A stretch of 28,612 bases of DNA. It comes from Macrostomum lignano. Lineage: Eukaryota. The stretch covers positions 1 through 28,612 of the forward strand of contig NIVC01005011.1 of NCBI GenBank assembly GCA_002269645.1. Reading direction: 5' to 3'. A program made the translations under genes and the position numbers. The notes below the pieces were generated by a model. It searched no databases and was not told the DNA's origin. It was given only the letters and a program-made list of their open reading frames with translations. Of the stretch, positions 13,466-23,612 are shown piece by piece; positions within the stretch are counted from its first letter, which is position 1, and each line of letters begins with the position of its first letter.

Positions 13466-13655
13466 TCTCTCAGTCTCAGTGTCTACTTCTCTCAGTCTCA
13501 GTGTCTACTTCTCTCAGTCTCAGTGTCTACTTCTCTCAGTCTCAGTTTCTACTTCTCTCAGTCTCAGTGTCTACTTCTCTCCTCTCAGTCTCAGTGTCTA
13601 CTTCTCCTCTCAGTCTACTTCCCCTCTCAGTCTCAGTGTCTACTTCTCCTCTAAG
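13466..13655 (+). repeat. 22-25-bp minisatellite (CTCTCAGTCTCAGTGTCTACTTCTC)n
   Basis: About 8 units; reverse complement of the array at 16038-16618. Confidence 0.9.
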
Positions 13656-14299
13656 TCTCCCTCTCCGCACATCTCCCTGTCCCAGTGTCCACTTCTATGA
13701 ATCTCCCTTTAGAGAATGAAAAGCAGTTTCTCTTCGGAAAGAGTTCGCACAAGCAGAATGTTTCACAGGGTGCTAAATTCACAAACGGCTTCCACCCAAC
13801 TGCGCGACTCTCCCAGCCAGCTGAGTCTACATCCGGCAACTGCTGCCCCACCCCATCCTACACCTCTAACAGCAGAGTGCAACACCTTTAGATCCCCTCG
13901 GATGGCACCAAAACAGCGCGTGTTGAAACCAGATCCCGATTTGGTAAACAAGGCAGTCAGGGTGAATACCCGCCCGCATGCAGGGGTAACGGATACTGAC
14001 ACTGTGGGACAAACACAAGCTCAGAATTTACTATTAGCCTTGATCGCGTTCACGCCTACGCACAGCTGTAGCCCAGATAATCATGGAAGGATTAGCATAC
14101 CAGTAGCTATTGTTAAATCTGATCTTTACTCAGGTCGGTTTAGACCCGCACCGGATGAGCCGCTAGCGACCGAACACTTTCTCTAGCGAACCTTGGGATA
14201 ATTTACTGCGAGATTAATCTCAGCTGACGAACGAGTTGGGGTTAGGCTTGGGTTTTGCATGCAATTTATGCATTGAGAGCCAATGCTCAGGAGTCTTGG

Positions 14300-15138
14300 C
14301 AGGGGCTTCGATACGATACAGGGGGACATGCCAATGCTTTGTGCGCCCCGTCTCCACCTTGTGACCCGTTATGGAAATCAATAATTTTGCTTCAGGGCTT
14401 CAGGCGCCAAATATAGCGGCCTACGGTGTCAACGTGAGTGCCTGGCTGCGGCGCCGAAAAGTGGCTGCTTACGGCGCCAAAATGAGTGCCTGACTGCGGC
14501 GCCAAATGATGCGCCAAAATGAGTGCCTGCGTGCGGCGCTAAAATGAGTGCCTGCGAGCGGCGCTAGAATGAGTGCCTGCAGCGCCAAAATCAGTGCCTG
14601 CTTACGGCGTCAAAATCAGTGCCTGCTTACGGCGCCAAAATGAGTGCCTGCGAGCGGCGCTAAAATCAGTGCCTGCTTACGGCGTCAAAATCAGTGCCTG
14701 CTTACGGCGCCAAAATGAGTGCCTGCTTACGGCGCCAAAATGAGTGCCTGCTTACGGCGCCAAAATGAGTGCCTGCTTACGGCGCCAAAATGAGTGCCTG
14801 CTTGCGGCGCTAGAATGAGTGCCTGCAGCGCCAAAATTAGTGCCTGCTTGAGGCGCTAAAATGAGTGCCTGCTTGAGGCGCTAAAATGAGTGCTTGCGTG
14901 CGGCGCTAAAATGAGTGCCTGCTTGAGGCGCTAAAATGAGTGCCTGCTTGAGGCGCCAAAATGATGCGCCAAAATGAGTGTCTGCCTGCGGCGCCGAAAT
15001 GAGTGCCTGCTTGAGGCGCCAAAATGATGCGCCAAAATGAGTGCTAACAACACTGATTCCCAAAATAATATAGAAATTTATTCATGCAGAATTCTTGGCT
15101 TTGCCCCCCCCCCATATAAAACCATGGCGACGCCCCTG
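14300..15138. mobile_element. MITE-like non-autonomous element, copy 1, with an internal ~25-bp GCGCCAAAATGAGTGCCTG minisatellite
   Basis: Left end CAGGGGCTTCG and right end CCATGGCGACGCCCCTG form an imperfect TIR. About 80-100 bp of non-repeat sequence on each side of the array is homologous to copy 2. No target-site duplication seen. Confidence 0.75.
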
Positions 15139-15584
15139 AGCTGTCTAGGTATTGTAGGTATTGTAGAATTTGTATTGAATGTGAAATTAAGATTGGGAAA
15201 AATTGCATAAATGCGATTTTAGCTTGTATTTGAGAAATTTCGACTATATAGATTGCTTTTATAGTACTTGTCAGATAAGAAAATAGTAGTATATTAGTAT
15301 TTAAGATACCTGCGTGTGCATAATCTAGTGAATACGCTACAGAATTGCAGAATTTCCCGGAACTTTTGCTGGCATTAAAGAGATTTCGTTTTATAACATG
15401 CTACTAGGGATTGTGCACGCATGCCACTGTATGAGGTATGGAAGTTTTTTGTACTTAAAGGAATGTGCTCTGCTTGGGTGTTAGTGAAGCGGTTAACCTG
15501 TTCATGGTTTATGCACCCGGCACTGCATGCGTTCCCTTCTCTCTACTATCAGTCATTCTTTCTCATTTTCCTCTCTCCTCTATC

Positions 15585-16015
15585 ATCTCACCTCTGCCCT
15601 CTCTACTTTCTCCAATCTACTCTCTCCAATCTACATTCTCCTCTCTCCTCTCTCCAATCTACTCTCTCCAATCTACATTCTCCTCTCTCCTCTCTCCAAT
15701 CTACTCTCTCTAATCTACATTCTCCTCTCTCCTCTCTCCAATCTACTCTCTCCAATCTACATTCTCCTCTCTCCTCTCTCCAATCTACTCTCTCCAATCT
15801 ACATTCTCCAATCTACATTCTCCTCTCTCCTCTCTCCAATCTACTCTCTCCAATCTACATTCTCCTCTCTCCTCTCTCCAATCTACTCTCTCCAATCTAC
15901 ATTCTCCTCTCTCCTCTCTCCAATCTACTCTCTCCAATCTACATTCTCCTCTCTCCTCTCTCTAATCTACTCTCTCTAATCTACTCTCTCTAATCTACTC
16001 TCTACAGTCTACTCT
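15585..16015. repeat. 42-bp pyrimidine-rich minisatellite (TCTCCTCTCTCCTCTCTCCAATCTACTCTCTCCAATCTACAT)n
   Basis: About 10 units, decaying to short CTAATCTACTCTCT subunits at the 3' end. Confidence 0.9.
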
Positions 16016-16037
16016 CTGTAGAGAGTACTTCTCTCTA

Positions 16038-16618
16038 GAGGAGAAGTAGACACTGAGACTGAGAGGAGAAGTAGACACTGAGACTGAGAGGAGAAGTAGA
16101 CACTGAGACTGAGAGGAGAAGTAGACACTAAGACTGAGAGGAGGAGTAGACACCAGAGAAGTAGACACTGAAACTGAGAGGAAAAGTAGACAATGAGACT
16201 GAGAGGAGAAGTAGACACTAGAGAAGTAGACACTGAGACTGAGAGGAGAAGAAGACACTGAGACTGAGAGGAGAAGTAGACGCTAAGACTGAGAGGAGAA
16301 GTAGACACTGGAGAAGTAGACACTGACACTGAGAGGAGAAGTAGACACTGAGAATGAGAGGAGAAGTAGACACTGAGACTGAGAGGAAAAGTAGACACTG
16401 AGACTGAGAGGAGAAGTAGACGCTAAGACTGAGAGGAGAAGTAGACACTGGAGAAGTAGACACTGAGACTGAGAGGAGAAGTAGACACTGAGAACGAGAG
16501 GAGAAGTAGACACTGAGACTGAGAGGAGAAGTAGACACTGGGGAAGTAGACATTGAGACTGAGAGGAGAAGTAGACACTAAGACTGAGAGGAGAAGTAGA
16601 CACTGGAGAAGTAGACAC
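16038..16618 (-). repeat. 25-bp minisatellite (GAGAGGAGAAGTAGACACTGAGACT)n, inverted relative to 13466-13655
   Basis: About 25 units including shortened 13-bp variants. Confidence 0.93.
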
Positions 16619-17079
16619 GATCGGAGGCGTGTACTACTCTCTCCAATATTCAATTCCAGCAGTTGCATTCGAACAGCCACAGAGATCTCCAGAGCTTAGC
16701 GCATCACAACTTCGCTGATTTCACGGGAAATCTGCTCGTATTTCTGAAATAATTTCTCATGCAACAAGATTTACACGCACAGCCAGTAGTCAAATATCTA
16801 CTGAAAATGCGCTGGTAATTACATTCACGCCAAGTGTCACACGAAGTGCTCGATCTGTTTCTATACAGATACGGGATAGCTGGGAACAGTGAGAAGTTTG
16901 GAGGCGAACAAATCCCTTCTGTAGATCCCCTGTCAGAATGCAGCGAATGCAGTGACACCTGCTGTGCATCAGCTTCATCTTTGGGTTGCCGCGAAATCGA
17001 TTTTCTTGTACTTTTATTTGTTCTCTTCCCACCGAGTCTGTTATCTTCAGGGTCTTCTTAAATGCGTTTTGCAAGCCGA

Positions 17080-17103
17080 TCTCTCTCTCTCTCTCTCTCT
17101 CTC
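17080..17103. repeat. (CT)12 microsatellite
   Basis: Read directly. Confidence 0.9.
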
Positions 17104-17224
17104 AGAAAAATAGACCGGCTGTCTCTGTGATCTGTCACAGGTGAAAAGTCATAATGTAAGTTATTTAGGCAGGTTCATTATTAAAATGCTGCACTCTCTT
17201 ATCTGAGTTTGATGCCCCCTTATC

Positions 17225-17665
17225 TTCATTAGGCGAATTATTATCTCCATTTAGCGAATTACTGTCTCAATTAACGAATCATTATCTCATTTAGGCGAAT
17301 TGTTATCTCATTTAGGCGAATTGTTATCTCAATTAGGCGAATTGTTATCTCAATTAGGCGAATTGTTATCTCAATTAGGCGAATTGTTATCTCAATTAGG
17401 CGAATTTTTATCTCATTTAGGCGAATCGTTATCTCAATTAGGCGAATTGTTATCTCAATTAGGCGAATTGTTATCTCAATTAGGCGAATTGTTATCTCAA
17501 TTAGGCGAATTGTTATCTCAATTAGGCGAATTGTTTTCTCAATTGGGCAAATTGTTATCTCAATTAGGCGAATTATTATCTCATTTAGGCGAATTGTTAT
17601 CTCAATTAGGGAATCGTTCTCTCACTTAGGCGAATCGTTATCTCAATTAGGCGAATCGTTATTTC
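17225..17665. repeat. 21-bp minisatellite (AATTAGGCGAATTGTTATCTC)n
   Basis: About 20 units with degenerate edges; source of the LLSQLGE ORF. Confidence 0.93.
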
Positions 17666-17799
17666 AGTATGGTGCCTCCATATCTGAGTTTGGCGCTTCA
17701 TAAAATAGTTTTGCACCTGCTCTGGCGCTGTAACTACACAGTGTATGCAGTTCCGTCCCAACCCCACAATCCAGTCATCTACGAGCATATCTTTATAGT

Positions 17800-18390
17800 C
17801 AGGTGCGTTGCCGCTGCTGGGGACAGGGGGACATGACCCCCCAGTAAAAGCTATAGAGGGGACATGCCAATCCTTTTTGCGCGCCCCGACCAACCTTGTA
17901 ACCCGTTATGGAAATCAATAAATTTGTTTCAGGGCGCCAGAACGAGTGCCTGCCTGCAGCGCCAAAATGAGTGCCTGCCTGCGGCGCCAAAATGAGTGCC
18001 TGCCTGTGGCGCCAAAATAAGTGCCTGCCTGCGGCGCCAAAATGAGTGCCTGCCTGCGGCGCCAAAATGAGTGCCTGCCTGCGGCGCCAAAATGAGTGCC
18101 TGCCTGTGGCGCCAAAATAAGTGCCTGCCTGCGGCGCCAAAATGAGTGCCTGCCTGCGGCGCCAAAATGAGTGCCTGCCTGCGGCGCCAAAATGAGTGCC
18201 TGCCGGCGGCGCCAAAATGAGTGCCTGCCTGCGGCGCCAAAATGAGTGCCTGCCGGCGGCGCCAAAATGAGTGCCTGCCTGCGGCGCCAAAATGAGTGCT
18301 AGCAACATTGATTCCCAAAAAATGTTGGAATTTAGTCATGTAGAGTTCTTGGCCTTGTCCCCCCGCCAGAAATCCATGGCGACGCCCCTG
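17800..18390. mobile_element. MITE-like non-autonomous element, copy 2, with internal (GCGGCGCCAAAATGAGTGCCTGCCT)n
   Basis: Left CAGGTGCGTTGCC vs reverse complement of right end CAGGGGCGTCGCC (11/13). GGGGGACA (17826) and TGTCCCCCC (ends 18364) lie symmetrically 26 bp inside each end. Flanks are homologous to copy 1, e.g. CCCGTTATGGAAATCAATAA and CCATGGCGACGCCCCTG. Confidence 0.8.
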
Positions 18391-18643
18391 TCTGTTAGTT
18401 GTCCATGGCTGTCTATTGGTAGTTTATCGTAGACTCTCTTTGTTCTCGGATTTCTGGTCAATTTCTCTGAGCAAACTTCAGCTAAAGCTTCCATACTGTA
18501 TGATCTCTCTTTCTTTTGGGAATCTTGAATGTTAATAAGGGACATTATTTTGTAATTCCAACGTTATTACAGACAACCTTAAATATGAACAATTCATGGT
18601 GGGTTTGGGTGGGCTATTTGTTTTGTTATAGTAGTCGGAATTG

Positions 18644-20000
18644 GAAGCTAGGCTATTGCCCTGTGACTCTTCATAGGAGTGGAAGCTATTGCATTGTGAC
18701 TCTTCATAGGAGTGGAAGCTATTGCATTGTGACACTTCATAGGAGTGGAAGCTATTGCATTGTGACTCTTCATAGGAGTGGAAGCTATTGCATTGTGACT
18801 CTTCATAGGAGTGGAAGCTATTGCCCTGTGACTCTTCATAGGAGTGGAAGCTATTGCCCTGTGACTCTTCATAGGAGTGGAAGCTATTGCCCTGTGACTC
18901 TTCATAGGAGTGGAAGCTATTGCATTGTGACACTTCATAGGAATGGAAGATATTGCATTGTGACTCTTCATAGGAATGGAAGCTATTGCATTGTGACTCT
19001 TCATAGGAATGGAAGCTATTGCATTGTGACTCTTCATAGGAATGGAAGATATTGCATTGTGACTCTTCATAGGAATGGAAGCTATTGCATTGTGACTCTT
19101 CATAGGAATGGAAGATATTGCATTGTGACTCTTCATAGGAATGGAAGCTATTGCATTGTGACTCTTCATAGGAATGGAAGCTATTGCATTGTGACTCTTC
19201 ATAGGAATTGAAGCTATTGCATTGTGACTCTTCATAGGAATGGAAGATATTGCATTGTGACTCTTCATAGGAATGGAAGCTATTGCATTGTGACTCTTCA
19301 TAGGAATGGAAGATATTGCATTGTGACTCTTCATAGGAATGGAAGCTATTGCATTGTGACTCTTCATAGGAATGGAAGCTATTGCATTGTGACTCTTCAT
19401 AGGAATTGAAGCTATTGCATTGTGACTCTTCATAGGAATGGAAGATATTGCATTGTGACTCTTCATAGGAATTGAAGCTATTGCATTGTGACTCTTCATA
19501 GGAATTGAAGCTATTGCATTGTGACTCTTCATAGGAATTGAAGCTATTGCATTGTGACTCTTCATAGGAATTGAAGCTATTGCATTGTGACTCTTCATAG
19601 GAATTGAAGCTATTGCATTGTGACTCTTCATAGGAATTGAAGCTATTGCATTGTGACTCTTCATAGGAATGGAAGATATTGCATTGTGACTCTTCATAGG
19701 AATGGAAGATATTGCATTGTGACTCTTCATAGGAATGGAAGCTATTTCATTGTGACTCTTCATAGGAATGGAAGCTATTTCATTGTGACTCTTCATAGGA
19801 ATGGAAGATATTGCATTGTGACTCTTCATAGGAATGGAAGCTATTGCATTGTGACTCTTCATAGGAATGGAAGCTATTGCATTGTGACTCTTCATAGGAA
19901 TTGAAGCTATTGCATTGTGACTCTTCATAGGAATGGAAGATATTGCATTGTGACTCTTCATAGGAATGGAAGATATTGCATTGTGACTCTTCATAGGAAT
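18644..20000. repeat. 33-bp minisatellite (GCTATTGCATTGTGACTCTTCATAGGAATGGAA)n
   Basis: About 41 units; source of the 476-aa SHNAIASIPMK ORF. Confidence 0.96.
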
Positions 20001-20499
20001 GAATTGCATGTCGATCATATAGGGTAGAAAAATAATGATCCACTCCTTCATATTTCTGAACAGTTTCAGGTGAGGCACACACCTATTCCTATTGTCGCCA
20101 TAGTGTGGCTACGCCAGCAGTTAGTTACCATGATGAGAATTATCACAATTGCTACGTTCTATCGAAATTAAAAATTGCAGGTCACAAAATCACCAAGACA
20201 AGCCTGAGATCTCATCAGAGATTACCTATTAAGTAAGGTTTCAGTGGGCATGCGACAGAGAATATGACCTTGAACTGAAGACCTGACTTAGCTGTGTACG
20301 AGATAATTATGATTCAAGCAGTGCGACAGCCACTCGTGATTGCAAGGCGGCTTCTTAAGCTTATACGAATATATTTTTTAACATGCCTTTGCTCAAAAGC
20401 GACACAAACTACTAATAAAGCTATGATTACAATAAAGAAAGTAGTTTTATAACTTGTGCTGAGAGGTACATAGGTAAGTACATTATCGTTGTAACAGCA

Positions 20500-20778
20500 G
20501 GGGTTGTAGTCTAGTGGTGGTTAGAGTGTCGGACTCATGATAAAGAAAGGTCGGGGGTTCGATCTCGACCTACTCGGAACAATTTGTGTCTTTTGAGCAA
20601 GACACTTAACTCTGCATTGCTTCAGTTCATCCAGCTGTAAAATGGGTGCCAGCATTAGCTGGGGTAATTGAGGCTGTGTGTGGCGACCCCCCCCCCCCCC
20701 CCCTTGGACTGAACAGCCGTACGCAGCCTTCAGATGCGCCGCGCAATGGCTGCTACACAATAAATACCCAACCTTATA
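20500..20778 (+). mobile_element. tRNA-derived SINE with a CORE (MIR-like) central domain
   Basis: A box TAGTCTAGTGG 20507-20517 and B box GGTTCGATCTC 20556-20566. Segment 20585-20646 (GAGCAAGACACTTAACTCT...TCAGTT...CTGTAAAATGGG) resembles the MIR core as I recall it (GGCAAGTCACTTAACCTC...TCAGTTT...CTGTAAAATGGG). The 3' end is approximate, near AATAAATAC. Confidence 0.8.
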
Positions 20779-20809
20779 CAGTAACTGTTCGTGGTACTTC
20801 TTTAGTCAT

Positions 20810-22003
20810 TTATATCACTCGCCCCTCGCCTATCAGAGGACGCATTCGCGTCGGCGACGGAGGCGTCGGCATCGGCGGCAGCATAGGCAGCCCTCGCCTC
20901 TCGCCGTCTCGACGCAGCAGCCGACGAAAGAAGCGTCGAAAATCCGGCACAAAGTAGGCGTAGACGAACGTATTGAAAATGGAGTCCAACAGCAAGCACA
21001 GCTCGGCAATGAACTGGAAATGTTTGCCGAATGTCGATTCGACATCGAAAGCGCCGGCGTGCCGGAGCAGGGTGCCGACAAAGACGGGCGCCTGCAGCAG
21101 AGTGAAGATCATCGCCAGGCTCAGCACGGTGCGACTGGCACGGGCCTTGTTCCTCTTGCACACCTGCGGCTGCAGCGCCGGCGTCCCCGCCTGACCTCCC
21201 CGCCGGCGCAGCATGGCGACGGCCATCGACAGCGACATGCAGACAACGCCAATCACGGGCAGCACAGTCTGCACAGAGAAGAACACGTAAACTTCGAATG
21301 GTTCGAACCAGCGGGACTGCAGCAGGTAGTTGTAGTGGCGCTGGTGGCTGAGATCCCGCTTCGCTGAAGCCGGCAGCGGGTAGCCAACGCTCGCTAGGGC
21401 CACGGCCTCGCCTCCGTAGCAGACGACCATCGCCTCGGCCAGAGAGCGGACCAGCGACAGCGGCAGACAGAGCGCCAGCGCCGCCGTCAGCAGGCTGATG
21501 CGGAAGTTCCGTCTGTCCAGCAGTTTTCTCGGTCGCAACGGGAAAGCCACCGCTTCGGCGCGTTGAGCTGCGATAAACGCCGTGCACCAGTTGCGCAAGC
21601 AGAGCAGCGCGTCCACAAGCAGACAGGCGAGCGCCCCGATCATCACCTGGACGTGCCGGCTTGGCTGGCTCCAGTACAGGCAGGCGCCGGCCAGTACGTT
21701 AATGAAATCCACCGCCGAGAACAGCAGGTAGAGGCTCATCACCAGCGACAGGCTCAGCTGGCTGGCCCGGAATGCCGTGCGCTGCTTCTGGCACAGGAAC
21801 AGCGCCGTGCTGAGCGAGCTGAGCGCCAGGCCGAGCAGGCTGACCGGCAGGAACACCGCCGACATGCGGACGTCATTCTGGTTGCAGGACTGGTCTGCCA
21901 GGCCGCCTTCGGCGCTGCTATTCAGCTCCAGCAGTTGGCGGAGCGGCGCGCAGGCATTGCTGTGCCAAGGAAAGTCGCGGCGAAGGAAGGCGCCCTCGAA
22001 CAT
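20810..22003 (-). CDS. Intronless orphan class A (rhodopsin-like) GPCR, peptide-receptor-like and divergent
   Basis: 397 aa from ATG 22003 (frame open to 22045), with about seven hydrophobic segments. TM3 end is WCTAFIAAQRAEAVAFPL, TM5 has TVLP, TM6 is RTVLSLAMIFTLLQAP, TM7/helix 8 is DSIFNTFVYAYFVPDFRR. N-terminal NSS sequon; TAA at 20810-20812. Confidence 0.88.
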   Translation of the reverse strand: MFEGAFLRRDFPWHSNACAPLRQLLELNSSAEGGLADQSCNQNDVRMSAVFLPVSLLGLALSSLSTALFLCQKQRTAFRASQLSLSLVMSLYLLFSAVDFINVLAGACLYWSQPSRHVQVMIGALACLLVDALLCLRNWCTAFIAAQRAEAVAFPLRPRKLLDRRNFRISLLTAALALCLPLSLVRSLAEAMVVCYGGEAVALASVGYPLPASAKRDLSHQRHYNYLLQSRWFEPFEVYVFFSVQTVLPVIGVVCMSLSMAVAMLRRRGGQAGTPALQPQVCKRNKARASRTVLSLAMIFTLLQAPVFVGTLLRHAGAFDVESTFGKHFQFIAELCLLLDSIFNTFVYAYFVPDFRRFFRRLLRRDGERRGLPMLPPMPTPPSPTRMRPLIGEGRVI

Positions 22004-23612
22004 GCTGCCGTCTGTTTGTTTATTGCTGCTTCTGTTGCTAAGCAATTTCTGTTTGGTTGAGCCTGTGTTTTCTTTGCCAGTTTAGTAGCCTCCGATATAA
22101 ACAGCAGCTTTCCTTCTTACTTTACAGACTTCTGTGCAGTTGAAACCTGTTTCGGTTGTGACATGAAGCACCTCCTGCTACCTGTATGCCTGTCCATCGT
22201 CTCTTTATAATAATTTCCTGGTCCTGAGATTTGATTGGTCCGTCGCAGAATCTGAAATCAGAGCTACGAGTACAAGTATTTGGGGGTGAGGGGGTAAGCC
22301 AACGGCGCATTCACAGCCGGCACTGCAAGTTAATTTGAACTGGACGCGGTTAGTATGCAGCTGAATATGATTGCGGTATGATTGTGTCACATCCTCTCTC
22401 AAAGCAGATTAAGCTGAGCTCAACCCATACCTGTACATTGGTAGGGTAGCAGCTCTGAGCTGGAGCCTGGGATGGATGTACACAGTGTACTGGGAGTTCG
22501 ACCCCTCGCAGCCTTCGCTTGCGCACAATTGCAGCGACTTGTAATTGTACTGCAGATGGCTGCAACACCACCACGTACATCACCACGACTCGTCATGCTC
22601 TGCACCAGATCATTGATGAACGCTTCAACCTGGCTGCCGTCATAGTCTCTCCGAGGATTTATATATGATGTACGAGCTACAAGGCCGAGCTTAGGTGTAC
22701 GCTCGTAATTGCTTGCACGACATTCACCTGCACTCCATGTTGCGTGTGAAATTTACGTCTAGCCTTCTTGCCCCTTAAGCTGCGACCTTGAGTCCGACGT
22801 GTCCAGATGTTATAACCAGTTAAGATGATTAGTAAAAATGTACATCGAATACCATAGAATAATCAAATTTTGATTCCCCCAGGATTAAATTGAACTTCCT
22901 TATGTCAACGAGTGCCGTCCATAGACAGAAAATTTTCAGTCTCTCAAGCCTGATTTCTGCATCTATGATTAAATTGAAAGCTTGCAGTAGCAACTAGGCC
23001 GCAAAAGGAATAATCCAGCCATTTCAAATTAGCAGCAAACTATAACATCCCACATGTTTCCATTCTACTTTCAATTTCCTGTTATTTAGGAATATGCTAT
23101 TCAGGATTCAGGAACGTTACAATTTTCTGCTTTTAAAATCTCAATTAAGGCCCCTACGGAAATTGAATTGAAGGGAAGTGTATAAAATCTGGGACAATTT
23201 TGGAAACAAATTGCTCTCGGGGACTTCGAATTTTTTCTTGAGGGAGTAATTAAAACAAATATATTGCTCGTCAGATAATGATCAATCTCGATTGGTTTTT
23301 TCCCAGCATATTCATATTTTTTATCTGTGTTATGTCCTAAAAAGAATAATTACACTTAACTCTCTTGATTGTTTACATTAGAGGTTGACATCTAGCTACG
23401 ATTTTCGGATTACTTTTTTAGTTAGTATTTATTTCAGACAAGTACAATCTGAGACAAGTATTACTCTATTATACACGAAATAATTACCTGAGCCTGGTGT
23501 GCTTTAATCAGCTACAAAGAAATAAAAAATTATATTGAGCCAAAAGCGATTTTTATGGAAGTATAAATTTTATCAACCTTAAGTGGAAGTGACTTAAAGC
23601 TTAAATATAAAA

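Noticed and set aside
17225-17665. TTAGGC telomere-like motif
   Set aside because: One hexamer per 21-bp unit, not a tandem telomeric tract.
17200-17692. 12-bp direct repeat TATCTGAGTTTG flanking the 21-bp array as a target-site duplication
   Set aside because: It resembles degenerate array units (TATCTCAATTAG), and no element termini were seen.
18516-20082. 476-aa SHNAIASIPMK repeat ORF and overlapping ORFs
   Set aside because: A 33-bp unit (multiple of 3) lacking stops in some frames; no unique domain or gene structure.
20130-20207. Box C/D snoRNA candidate (ATGATGA ... CTGA, with AGACAAGC complementary to 18S GCTTGTCT)
   Set aside because: No terminal stem, only 8 nt of complementarity, no clear C'/D' boxes, and no host intron identified.
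20198-20457. Element bounded by ACAAG...CTTGT
   Set aside because: A 5-bp inverted match alone is not significant without other copies.
20500-20572. tRNA gene
   Set aside because: A and B boxes are present, but I cannot build an acceptor stem or full cloverleaf, and it runs into the SINE core.
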